This document shows, piece after piece, positions 41,401 to 48,882 of a DNA stretch of 64,000 nt. The notes under the pieces were generated by a model. That model was not told the origin of the DNA, did no database searches, and saw only the letters and a list, made by a program, of their open reading frames with translations. Source of the stretch: Candidatus Woesearchaeota archaeon (GTDB taxonomy: Archaea > Nanobdellota > Nanobdellia > Woesearchaeales > WAPJ01); assembly GCA_047602885.1 (NCBI GenBank), contig JBLKOQ010000001.1, forward strand, positions 10,016 through 74,015, given 5' to 3'. The number at the start of each line of letters is the position of its first letter. Within the stretch, counting starts at the first letter, position 1. Both the position numbers and the translations under genes were made by a program.

Positions 41401-44400
41401 GAACCGATTTCGGGTTCGGGGAACGATTGTGAGATCCAATTTGATACTGGGAGCGGGTATGGGAGTTTTATAGAGATGGAATTTAACGCAACAAGTAACT
41501 TGTACGAGTACAACACCACATTTGGATCTGCAGGGACGTTCAGTTATAACGTGAGTTGCACTAGCACCCAAGGATATGAGAACCTGAGCGTGACTAATGA
41601 GTTCACATACAATCCTGCAAACTGTTTTGACAATTCGACGAGTCCTATACCAATTTGTACATGTACTGATCTTAGCAGGATGTGGGAGAACCTTACAGCA
41701 AACTATGAATTGCAGAATAATATAGACTGTAGTGATACTATTAATTGGAATGATGATGAGGGATGGCTGCCTGTAGGGACAACAGGTACGGGTTTTAGTG
41801 GTACGCTGGATGGGCAGGGATATAATATTACTGACTTGTTCATTGCTCGAAATAATGTTGGTTATCAAGGTTTGTTTGGTCAGTTAACTACAGGAGGAAG
41901 CATTACTGATTTAGGTTTGGTGAATGCGAATATCACCATAAAAGACACACTCAGTATAGTGACTCCATATATTGGGATTCTTGTAGGATATATCGATGGA
42001 GGCAGTGTCTCTGGATCTTATGTCACAAATAGTATTCTCTATAGTGATTTTCCCTCTACTGGTGGTCTTATAGGAGAAATGAGTGGTGGTAGTGTTGTCT
42101 CATCTTCTTTTGTTAGTGGTTCTAGTGTTTCTTCTTCTACTAGTAATGTTGGTGGTCTTATAGGAAGAATGAGTGGTGGTAGTGTGTCATCTTCTTATAC
42201 GGTGGATTCTAGTGTTTCTTCTACTGGTAGTAGTGTTGGTGGTCTTGTAGGATATATGCTGAGTGGTAGTGTTGTTTCATCGTCTTATACTATTGGTTCT
42301 AATGTTTCTTCTACTAGTACTCGGGTTGGTGGTCTCGTAGGAAGAATGTGGAGTGGTTCTAGTATTGTTGATTCTTACAGTACTAGTAATGTTTATGCTC
42401 TTGCAGGAGAAAACTTACAATATCATGGTGGACTAGTAGGACAAAACTATAGGGGAGTGATAAACAATTCTTATAGTACAGGAATAGTTAATAGTACACA
42501 TGATGATAGTGGTGGTTTTGTAGGAAGCGTAGATACAGGAGCTGCGACTTATGGTATGTATGGTAACTTCTGGGATAACCAGACAAGCGGTCGTAGTACT
42601 AGTGCTGGTGATAATGTAACAGGACTTACTACAGCGCAGATGTATAATATCAGTCAGTTCTTAGCGGCAGATTGGAATATTAGTGAGATTAGCGGTTATA
42701 ATAATGAGACTTGGTTTATTGATGATGGTAATGATTATCCTAGATTATGGTTTGAGTTTGATCTTGCTTTATTGGATATTGAGTCTGTAGGCATTATTCC
42801 AAGTCCTTTTGCTTTGGATGATGAGAATCTCGTAGGGTATTGTAGTGCTACTGGTAGTGAGAATTTTACGAGGTTGGATTATTTGTGGTATAAGGATGAT
42901 GTAGTGGAGTATGGGGGTGCTTATTTCAAGGAAGGAAGTATTAGTGCTGGTGGGGAGTTTTCTTGTGGTGTTCGTGCTAATGATTCTCGTTTGTTGTGTT
43001 GGGGTGCTAATTTTGTTGGTAAGTTGGGTATTGGTAATACTACTCATATGTATAGTCCTGTTTTGGTTGATTCTTCTGATGCTTTTTTGAGTGTTTCTGT
43101 GGGTGTTTCTCATTCTTGTGGTGTTCGTGCTAATGATTCTCGTGTTTTGTGTTGGGGGCTAAATAGTGAGGGGCAGTTGGGTATTGGTAATACTACTGAT
43201 ATGTTTAGTCCTGTTTTGGTTGATTCTTCTGATGCTTTTTTGAGTGTTTCTTTAGGTAGTTTTCATTCTTGTGGTGTTCGTGCTAATGATTCTCGTGTTT
43301 TGTGCTGGGGTGGTAATATTTATGGTCAGTTGGGTGTTGGTAATACTACTGATATGTTTAGTCCTGTTTTGGTTGATTCTTCTGATGCTTTTTTGAGTGT
43401 TTCTTTAGGTAGTTTTCATTCTTGTGGTGTTCGTGCTAATGATTCTCGTGTTTTGTGTTGGGGTGGTAATTGGGTTGGTCAGTTGGGTGTTGGTAGCGCT
43501 GTTTATGATTCGTGTTTTGATGGTTATGAATATTACGATTGTAGTTTGAATCCTGTTTTGGTTGATTCTTCTGATGCTTTTTTGAGTGTTATGGTGGGTG
43601 TTTCTCATTCTTGTGGTGTTAGGGCGAGTGATTCTCGTTTGTTGTGTTGGGGTGCTAATGCTAATGGTCAGTTGGGTGTTGGTAATACTACTGATATGTT
43701 TAGTCCTGTTTTGGTTGATTCTTCTGATGCTTTTTTGAGTGTTGGTCTTGGTTTTGGACATTCTTGTGGTGTTAGGGCGAGTGATTCTCGTGTTTTGTGT
43801 TGGGGACGTAATTTTGGAGGTCAGTTGGGTGTTGGTAATACTACTAGTCCTATTATGGTTCCTGTTTTGGTTGATTCTTCTGATGCTTTTTTGAGTGTTG
43901 ATGGTGGTTTTGGTGGTGGTTTTGGTGAGCAGCATACGTGTGGTGTTCGTGCTGTTGATGGTCGTGTTTTGTGTTGGGGTGATGGTTCTTTTGGTGCTTT
44001 GGGAACAGGCAATACTAGTTCTCAGTTGAGTCCGACTCTTACTATTGATTCGAGCAGTTATCTTAGGGGGCTTTCTCCGCAGACGACTTATAATGTTTCT
44101 TTGATAGGGAGTGGGTTGACTAGTTTGGGGGAGGAGTGGAAGCTTAGTTGTCGCGCTGTAAATGTTACTAGTGCGGGGGATTTTGTTAATTCTACTGTTA
44201 CTACGATTGATGAGGGTGAAGAGGGTTTGGATTGTGGTGTTATCGATGAGCCTGGAGAGTATATTATGAATGGCGACCTTGCGGCTACCGGAACTTGTAT
44301 TACTATTAATGTTAGTGATGTTTCATTAGATTGTCAGGGTCATACGATCAACTACTCTACAAACGATGACGAGGGCTACGGTATCCTGATATGGAGCCAG

Positions 44401-47400
44401 AGCGGGACGGTCGAAAACGTGAGTATCGCGAACTGTAACATCATCAAAGAGAGTCCTGGAGGGAGCTCAGGGAGTAGGCGCCCAGCTATCCTCGGATACG
44501 GCTACTCAGGTACTCCTTCAGGAGGTTTCACAAAATCAGGTGATGAGCATACTGTTGAGCAAGTAAATATATCGAACGTTACTATCACGACCGAGGGAGA
44601 TTATGCTCGAGGCATATTTGTCTTAAGTGGTCATACTTGGAGTGTCGAAGATGTCTCTATCACAACGTATGGAGATGATGCCCGAGGAATCTACAGCGAG
44701 AACTCTGATCATTGGAGTCTCAGGAGAGTTGATATCACGACCTTTGGAACTGTAGGGATAGGACTGTATACGATCGATGCAAACCACTACTATCTCAAGG
44801 ACATCGATATCACTGCTGCGAGCGCAGGCATGTGGATCCGCACGGGAAGTTCGAACTGGCGGGCAGAGAACATTTCGATAAATGCTACGCTTCAAGGTAT
44901 CGCGACATCGGACGGAGGTATGGCTCACATGAGTTTTTACAACTCTACGATCCACTCATCAGGAAGCCGGGGATTAGATACCAATCAAGGTACAGATAAC
45001 ATCAGCTTCTACGATTCTATTATCACCGCTCCATCAAGTGACGATGTATACATGCGTCTTGGTGATGCGAGTCGGCGTGTTACGTTCGTCAACGTGACTT
45101 TCAACCCTTCCAGTGTCACGTTCCATGACTCGACCTCAGGATTCCTCGACGTTGGATGGTACGTCGACTTTCTCGTAAACGATACTCTAAGTTATCGAGT
45201 TGAGAATGCTAATATTAGTTGGCAGGATTCTGGTGTTATGAGCAGTTTGAACCCTAACAGTACTGGTTGGAAATTAACTGATAGTGGTGGATTGTCTCTA
45301 AGAAATATATTGTATGAGTACTCGCAGAACCAAACTGCTAGGTACTATCATACTAACTATAGCTTCGACATAAGTAGCCCATCATACGCTTCCCTTGTTG
45401 GAGCGTCTAGGAACTTCACTACAAATACACAATTGGATTTTACTATAGAGCCATTGTCGTTGGAGTGTGGTGTTATTAGCGAGCCTGGCTCTTATGTTAT
45501 GACTACTAATCTTACTGCTACAGGCACGTGTTTCACTATTAATGTTAGTGATGTAATACTGGATTGTCAGGATTATACTATTAATTATTCGACTGCTGAT
45601 GAGGGTTATGGTATTTTGATTTGGAGTCAGTCTTCTAATGTGGATAATGTTACGATACAGAACTGTGTTGTTGTGCAGGGTTCTGGTGAGGGTGATGTGA
45701 ATAGTGCGCGTCCTGGTATTTTGGGTTGGGGTGTTAATAATGGTCCGAGTGGTGGTTTGTCGAGTGTTAGTGGTATTTTTTATGAGGTTACTAATGTTTT
45801 GGTTGTGGATTCTAGTATAGTAACATTGGGTGATCGTTCGGATGCTATTAGGGGTGCGGTTTCGTATGACTGGGATGTTGTGGGTGTGAATGTTTCTACT
45901 GCTGGTCAGCTTGCTTCGGGTGTTTTTGGTACTTTTACGGGGGGTTGGTTGTTGTCTGGTGTTGATTCTTTTACTACCGGTGATAATTCTAGGGGTTTTG
46001 CTAGTTGGGATTCTGTTGATTGGGAGATTGTGGATTCTCGTTCTGAGGTTACTACTTTTTATTCTTATCCTATTCGTGCTGAGGAGGGTTCTCATGGATG
46101 GGTTCTGTCCAATGTTTCTCTTATCTCTGATGGTTTTGAGTCTGATGGGCTTCATGTGATTGATTCGGATAATTGGATGGTTGAGGGTCTTTTTGTTTCA
46201 TCATCGGGCACTCAGGCTGATGCTTTTTATTTAGAGGATTCTGATGGTTGGATGGTTTATGATTCTGATTTGTCTAGTGGGTCTGCGTTTGATGTTGTTC
46301 TTAATCTTAGTGATTCTTCGTATCGTGTTGGTTTTGTGAATACGAGTTTTGATCATTCTAGCGTGTCTCTTCTTACTCCGGGCTGGCTTGATAGGGGTTG
46401 GTGGGTGGATGCGTATGTGAATGATAGTCTTGGCAGTCCTGTAGAGGATGCTAATGTCTCTTGGAATGATGCTGGTATTATTAGTGGGAATCCTAGTAGT
46501 AGTGGTTGGAATGTTACTGATGATAGTGGACTTAGTGTTAGGAATGTCTTGTTTGAATATTCTGAGAATCAAACTGCGAGATATTATAATACTAATTATA
46601 CTATTAATGTTAGTCATGAGGATTATGATGATCTTATAGGAGAGTCAAGGAATTTTACGGGTAATACGCAGTTGAACTTTACTTTTTTGGGTGAGTCTTT
46701 AGAGTGCGGTGTTATTAGTGAGCCTGGCGAGTATGTTATGACTTCTGACTTGTCTGCTGCTGGTACTTGTTTTACTATTAATGTTTCTGATGTTAGTTTG
46801 GATTGTGGGGGTCATACGATTAACTATAGTACTGGTGAGGAGGGTTATGGTATTTTGATTTGGAGCCAGGGTGGGTTGGTTGAGAATGTGAATGTTAGTA
46901 ATTGTAATATTGTTAAGGATAGTGAGGAAGGTAATAGTTCGAGTCTTAGGCCTGCCTTACTTGTTTATGGTCGTAGTGCTGTTCCTAGTGGTTCTATTAG
47001 TGGTATTGCGGGTACTGCTCATTATGTAGATAATGTGTCTATTAATAATGTTAATGCTAGTAGTAAGGGAAATTATAGTAGTGGGATTTTTATAGTGCGA
47101 GGATGGTATTCTTCTATTAGTAATGTTATGGTTGATACTGATGGTAATTGGAGTTTTGGGATATGGGGCGATTACTCTTCTTATTGGAATATTTATAATA
47201 CTAGTATTTTTTCGTTAGGGCTGTTTAATGTTGGTCTGTATGGGGTGGATTCTAATTTTTGGGTTTTAGATAGTTTAAATGTAGATGTTGAGTTCAATGA
47301 TGGTCATGGTATTATTGGTTTTCGGTCAAATTCTTGGATTCTTTATAATGTTACTGTTATTGCTGACGGTTCTACAGTTAGGGGAATATCTCTATGGGAT

Positions 47401-48882
47401 CTTAATAACTGGACTGTTATAGACTCTTTTATTGATAGTACTTTTTATGATATTAATATGGAGTTAGATCATAGTACTCGTCAAGCTTTTTTTATTAATA
47501 CAAGCTTTAATAAGAGTAGTGTGTATTTTACTAATGCTAATGCTGGTTGGCTTAATCGTGGTTGGTGGGTTGATTCGTATGTTAATGATACTATAGGGAA
47601 TCCAATTAGTGGTGCTAATGTGAGTTGGGTGGATAATGGTAGTCTTGCAAGCAATCCTTCTGCTAGTGGTTATAGTTTGACTTTGGTTGATGGGACGGTG
47701 AGGAATGCCATATTCGAATATTCTCAGAACCAGACTCATACGTTTGAGCATAATAATTATACTTTTAATGCGAGCAAGGAAGGATTCTTACATAGTGATA
47801 TTGTTCAAAATATAACTGATAATGCCTTCATTTACTTTACATTAGAAACCGATGACATTGATCCTCCGACATGGTCTGATCCTTGGGATAACAGTACTGA
47901 TACTAGCCCTAGGATTAATGAGAATATAAGGATGAACTTAACACTAAACGATGATGTTGACTTGTTCAGCTATACTTTTAGTTGGAATGGTACTGGTTCA
48001 TGGACTAATGATAGTATACAGTTAATATCAGGCACAGAGCATATTTTAAGCGTTATTAAGCAAGTAGGATTGCCTAGAGACAATACTATAGGATGGAGAG
48101 TATACTTTAATGACAGTGCAGAAAAGACAAACATCTCTGATATATTCACATTCACTGTAAAGAACACTCCTCCTGATGTTCCTATACTAAATTATCCTCT
48201 AAACGACAGTGATATTTACAATAGAACGCCATTATTCAACTGGACGGGATTCGATGCAGACTCTGATGAATTAACATACAACCTCACGATATACTGCATA
48301 GGAGGATGCAGTGCTGACAACAGGCATTATCAAGGAATAACAACTAACGAATTCCAGCTTGAAGAAGAACTCCAGTTCCTATACGATGACGGATACTCAT
48401 ACTTGTGGAGCGTTAATGCATGCGACCAATATGAATGCTCAGAATACTCCCAAAACAACACGTTCACTCTCTCAAGCCTCTTATCAGTCAGATTCACACA
48501 AAACGATTCGGACTTCGGCATGATGCAGCTCGGACAAACCAATAGTACTGAGGATAACAGCCCAAACCCTCTTGTACTGGTAAACGAAGGAAACGTAAAA
48601 GTAAATATTAGCTTCTACGCCCAAACCCCGTTATTTGAAAGAGCTGCACTGCCAAGCCCATTCTTTGAGGCAAGAATAAGGCCATTAATAGGAAATTATG
48701 GCATAGACACTAATACGAGCTGGTTTGACCTGGACGATTCAGAAAACCCTGCTCACATGCTAAGAAAACTAAATTATACAACAGACAATAATGCCACTAT
48801 AGACTTAAGAGTAACAGTTCCTATAGACGAGCCTCCAGCAGAGAGGAGCAGTACTATTACAGCAATGGTGGTGATGTCATGA
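35422..48882 (+). CDS. giant secreted multidomain surface protein (4486 aa): signal anchor, S8 subtilase, RCC1 block 1, ALK-like glycine-rich domain, RCC1 block 2, GLUG repeats, RCC1 block 3, three tandem beta-helix modules, fn3-like C-terminus
   Basis: Uninterrupted 13.46-kb ORF; apparent TTG start (in-frame stop just upstream). Catalytic triad motifs IVDTG / HGHGT / GTSMSVPFVSAAAG. More than 20 copies of an HSCG(I/V)RANDSRVLCWG...G.LG.G motif. Three about 410-aa modules each starting L(D/E)CGVI(D/S)EPG.Y(I/V)M. Confidence 0.85.
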   Translation: MGLKQVVVQVTIVVVIIAALIFTFFSIGEPTITGYAVFESSVSNVSYDVERVVLPQETYTIQLEDNVVVRGIVINGYYIASKDSSIIARLDEGTISHELRLRSNVITGMAIGAGEVESGMIEEDLANRTLLRYGDGPYDIDNDGMVGRQGAVDYYVETNASCVLWSIVGDDVDLFCQGTIECCDSYLLESMDDNPNYLVLDRQRAGADRGEVLAKADGYDFSRMLPYDFTGAEERLVRLDDVCLGSCNVRMQSSSIRIESSAYLHIDRIIVYYDDLPDDEIFDTEDGNIIEEVLPEKRVIREEMIEYIVYESEGGIIGRTVSELKSHYGLSRASERSAKIFSMDYEHISEEEETEYTEGINAHIIRVSSELLNLVTEESVRIIILNESGIYSEYANNLSELNEILHSKEVITASIDRQIELLTQDTLNASGFISVYNEYEVSGSGVRVCIVDTGVSGHVVENISYTGVNVLDGTDDIMDYHGHGTLVSYPLIRALPDAHYVIVKALDDTGIGYESDVISGLDACAEHDVDVVSLSIGAGLYDGYCDTNLVSERVNELVSEGVLVVSAAGNEAGPYLKAPSCASSALAVIAYTDDSLWYQSSYLEGHAVFAAPGVVETIGPDGSVVLSSGTSMSVPFVSAAAGLLVEYTNDTGLVLRNRLVGTGDLLGDEFLFSRLNVSRAFSGEITNELLYNISEGVEVEGTVYYRGTSFIAGTITTGNGHSCGIRAVDGRVLCWGRNNVGQIGDGTTAGPRTNPTLTTDTSAYTFISSGEQHSCGIRANDSRVLCWGSNGNGVLGDGTTVQRENPTLINDSSAYLTLGLGQGHSCGIRANDSRVLCWGWNGNGRLGDGTDEARWNPTLTSDTSAYSGITAGAHYSCGIRANDSRVLCWGTNNYGQLGDGTDVVRWNPTLTSDTSAYLHVSGGGWHSCGIRASDSRVLCWGRNNVGQIGDGTTTTPRLNPTLTTNTSAHGTVSAGNDYSCGIRVNDSRVLCWGANDYGRLGDGTTTGPRTNPTLTADSSAYVAVSAGDWHTCGIRSYDGRVLCWGYNEFGQIGDGTTTTPRQNPTLTSNMAPFAEIPWVFTTCEATGRTGPTQGMCDDAYEYSYLNNSVTVSSGIQSWTVPETGWYNVTAVGAQGGYGGRTGVGGYGALISGAFYFEEGETINVLVGQKGGDNSFRPAGGGGSAVWKDTGTELLIVAGGGGAYAVGTTTTYQDRAHASNTTSGKDGFGATAQSVGGTGGLGGAGTGNRASGGGGWFTDGGQGTTADSRGRSLSGGGLGGGGAVADGGFGGGGATDSTTTWGAASGGGGYSGGGGGYSNTNDAEGAGGGGGSYNSGLFQYNVGGENADHGLVIIEPYGDVSLLTVGVTPSPEANATDDLLGYCTSDVIDGFDRIDYEWRRDGIVEYMGTYFRADTITAHEAHTCGIRANDSRVLCWGRAGSGEIGNGSKLPQVLNPTLTSDTDPYLQVSVGFTHSCGIRYDGRVLCWGNNAEGQLGTNDTTERLVPTLIADDAAYHSLSAGYRMNCAIRANDSRVLCWGDNVFSQLGSGGGSVSVPRLINDTASYLMVSTYKYHACGIRANDSRVLCWGMNWYGQGGNGTTDEFVSSETPTLTTDSSPYVMVTTGASHTCGIRASDSRVLCWGRNNNGQLGIGSSGTNVGNPTTTSDSSAYHYIDAGWQFSCGIRSSDNRGLCWGDNGEDKLGIGTTGNRENPTLISASFAISLITAGERHGCVVRSSNGRVYCWGQTAEGRTGDGVGIGTEHTPTLTTDTSSYAYLPAIASGVQYNLSTLDSTITNGGDSWTFSCRITDGRTTYPYEESATITIANIIPIYSKFDGSTTNFSDASVVPDLSSVSNPILEISTFGRITWKGMVNVPSSDYDSHVHIGYRYIFVNSSALHSSHDSGSNLSFYDTGFVHAPVILKDSSVCEQPLCNMTGFVDGYVNYSVAGFSNYTLDSNSRLEIWDGTDPQGGNNSYEVGESVPFYANYSNLTSGEPISGSGNDCEIQFDTGSGYGSFIEMEFNATSNLYEYNTTFGSAGTFSYNVSCTSTQGYENLSVTNEFTYNPANCFDNSTSPIPICTCTDLSRMWENLTANYELQNNIDCSDTINWNDDEGWLPVGTTGTGFSGTLDGQGYNITDLFIARNNVGYQGLFGQLTTGGSITDLGLVNANITIKDTLSIVTPYIGILVGYIDGGSVSGSYVTNSILYSDFPSTGGLIGEMSGGSVVSSSFVSGSSVSSSTSNVGGLIGRMSGGSVSSSYTVDSSVSSTGSSVGGLVGYMLSGSVVSSSYTIGSNVSSTSTRVGGLVGRMWSGSSIVDSYSTSNVYALAGENLQYHGGLVGQNYRGVINNSYSTGIVNSTHDDSGGFVGSVDTGAATYGMYGNFWDNQTSGRSTSAGDNVTGLTTAQMYNISQFLAADWNISEISGYNNETWFIDDGNDYPRLWFEFDLALLDIESVGIIPSPFALDDENLVGYCSATGSENFTRLDYLWYKDDVVEYGGAYFKEGSISAGGEFSCGVRANDSRLLCWGANFVGKLGIGNTTHMYSPVLVDSSDAFLSVSVGVSHSCGVRANDSRVLCWGLNSEGQLGIGNTTDMFSPVLVDSSDAFLSVSLGSFHSCGVRANDSRVLCWGGNIYGQLGVGNTTDMFSPVLVDSSDAFLSVSLGSFHSCGVRANDSRVLCWGGNWVGQLGVGSAVYDSCFDGYEYYDCSLNPVLVDSSDAFLSVMVGVSHSCGVRASDSRLLCWGANANGQLGVGNTTDMFSPVLVDSSDAFLSVGLGFGHSCGVRASDSRVLCWGRNFGGQLGVGNTTSPIMVPVLVDSSDAFLSVDGGFGGGFGEQHTCGVRAVDGRVLCWGDGSFGALGTGNTSSQLSPTLTIDSSSYLRGLSPQTTYNVSLIGSGLTSLGEEWKLSCRAVNVTSAGDFVNSTVTTIDEGEEGLDCGVIDEPGEYIMNGDLAATGTCITINVSDVSLDCQGHTINYSTNDDEGYGILIWSQSGTVENVSIANCNIIKESPGGSSGSRRPAILGYGYSGTPSGGFTKSGDEHTVEQVNISNVTITTEGDYARGIFVLSGHTWSVEDVSITTYGDDARGIYSENSDHWSLRRVDITTFGTVGIGLYTIDANHYYLKDIDITAASAGMWIRTGSSNWRAENISINATLQGIATSDGGMAHMSFYNSTIHSSGSRGLDTNQGTDNISFYDSIITAPSSDDVYMRLGDASRRVTFVNVTFNPSSVTFHDSTSGFLDVGWYVDFLVNDTLSYRVENANISWQDSGVMSSLNPNSTGWKLTDSGGLSLRNILYEYSQNQTARYYHTNYSFDISSPSYASLVGASRNFTTNTQLDFTIEPLSLECGVISEPGSYVMTTNLTATGTCFTINVSDVILDCQDYTINYSTADEGYGILIWSQSSNVDNVTIQNCVVVQGSGEGDVNSARPGILGWGVNNGPSGGLSSVSGIFYEVTNVLVVDSSIVTLGDRSDAIRGAVSYDWDVVGVNVSTAGQLASGVFGTFTGGWLLSGVDSFTTGDNSRGFASWDSVDWEIVDSRSEVTTFYSYPIRAEEGSHGWVLSNVSLISDGFESDGLHVIDSDNWMVEGLFVSSSGTQADAFYLEDSDGWMVYDSDLSSGSAFDVVLNLSDSSYRVGFVNTSFDHSSVSLLTPGWLDRGWWVDAYVNDSLGSPVEDANVSWNDAGIISGNPSSSGWNVTDDSGLSVRNVLFEYSENQTARYYNTNYTINVSHEDYDDLIGESRNFTGNTQLNFTFLGESLECGVISEPGEYVMTSDLSAAGTCFTINVSDVSLDCGGHTINYSTGEEGYGILIWSQGGLVENVNVSNCNIVKDSEEGNSSSLRPALLVYGRSAVPSGSISGIAGTAHYVDNVSINNVNASSKGNYSSGIFIVRGWYSSISNVMVDTDGNWSFGIWGDYSSYWNIYNTSIFSLGLFNVGLYGVDSNFWVLDSLNVDVEFNDGHGIIGFRSNSWILYNVTVIADGSTVRGISLWDLNNWTVIDSFIDSTFYDINMELDHSTRQAFFINTSFNKSSVYFTNANAGWLNRGWWVDSYVNDTIGNPISGANVSWVDNGSLASNPSASGYSLTLVDGTVRNAIFEYSQNQTHTFEHNNYTFNASKEGFLHSDIVQNITDNAFIYFTLETDDIDPPTWSDPWDNSTDTSPRINENIRMNLTLNDDVDLFSYTFSWNGTGSWTNDSIQLISGTEHILSVIKQVGLPRDNTIGWRVYFNDSAEKTNISDIFTFTVKNTPPDVPILNYPLNDSDIYNRTPLFNWTGFDADSDELTYNLTIYCIGGCSADNRHYQGITTNEFQLEEELQFLYDDGYSYLWSVNACDQYECSEYSQNNTFTLSSLLSVRFTQNDSDFGMMQLGQTNSTEDNSPNPLVLVNEGNVKVNISFYAQTPLFERAALPSPFFEARIRPLIGNYGIDTNTSWFDLDDSENPAHMLRKLNYTTDNNATIDLRVTVPIDEPPAERSSTITAMVVMS
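36700..37450 (+). other. subtilisin-like S8 peptidase domain within the giant protein
   Basis: Asp near 36775 (CIVDTG), His at 36868-36870 (HGHGT), Ser at 37312-37314 (GTSMS). Confidence 0.7.
37560..38620 (+). repeat. RCC1 block 1: seven tandem about 150-156-bp repeats (CATTCGTGTGGTATTCGTGCTAATGATTCTCGTGTTTTGTGCTGGGGT core), CGT/GGT/GTT codon regime
   Basis: Core recurs at 37582, 37738, 37891, 38041, 38206, 38352, 38509. Confidence 0.75.
38740..39500 (+). other. glycine-rich domain resembling the ALK/LTK-type glycine-rich domain (Pfam Gly_rich-like): VLVGQKGG ... LLIVAGGGGAY plus poly-Gly tracts
   Basis: Motifs INVLVGQKGGD, GGGGSAVW, LLIVAGGGGAYA, multiple GGGG(Y/S); GC-richer codon regime. 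Confidence 0.45.
39530..40740 (+). other. RCC1 block 2 (about 8 repeats) preceded by a linker homologous to the one before block 3; GC-richer codon regime
   Basis: Repeats HTCGIRANDSRVLCWG ...; linker VTPSPEANATDDLLGYCTSD ... parallels IIPSPFALDDENLVGYCSAT ... at 42790. Confidence 0.6.
41790..42750 (+). other. GLUG-motif repeat region (GGL(I/V)G(R/E/Y)M(S/L/W)GGSV ... x6)
   Basis: Repeated VGGLIGRMSGGSVSSS-type units about 25 aa long; opening GTLDGQGYNITDLF is typical of GLUG domains. Confidence 0.5.
42950..44010 (+). repeat. RCC1 block 3: seven tandem about 153-180-bp repeats; units at 43216-43371 and 43372-43527 are nearly identical
   Basis: CATTCTTGTGGTGTTCGTGC core at 42958, 43111, 43264, 43426, 43606, 43759, 43934; GATTCTTCTGATGCTTTTTTGAGTGTT recurs 6 times. 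Confidence 0.75.
44200..47830 (+). other. three tandem about 1.2-kb homologous modules (A 44200-45430, B 45430-46690, C 46690-47830) with right-handed beta-helix (pectate-lyase-like) character
   Basis: Each begins L(D/E)CGVI(D/S)EPG(E/S)Y(I/V)M ... TINVSDV(S/I)LDC(Q/G)(G/D)(H/Y)TINYST ... EGYGILIWSQ and ends ... ARYY(H/N)TNY. Module A is in the GC-richer regime, B and C in the GT-rich regime. Confidence 0.55.

Noticed and set aside
37560-44010. Regularly spaced about 150-bp tandem repeats, checked as a possible CRISPR array
   Set aside because: The repeats are in-frame coding repeats (RCC1 blades) with no unique spacers and periods of 146-180 bp. No cas genes are present.
43405-46155. Several long minus-strand ORFs (43405..43935, 45382..46155, 46231..46617) rich in T/K/R/N/I
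   Set aside because: They are artefacts of the extreme G+T richness of the giant gene's coding strand, which makes the complement A/C-rich with few stops. They have no start context and are fully nested in the 13-kb ORF.
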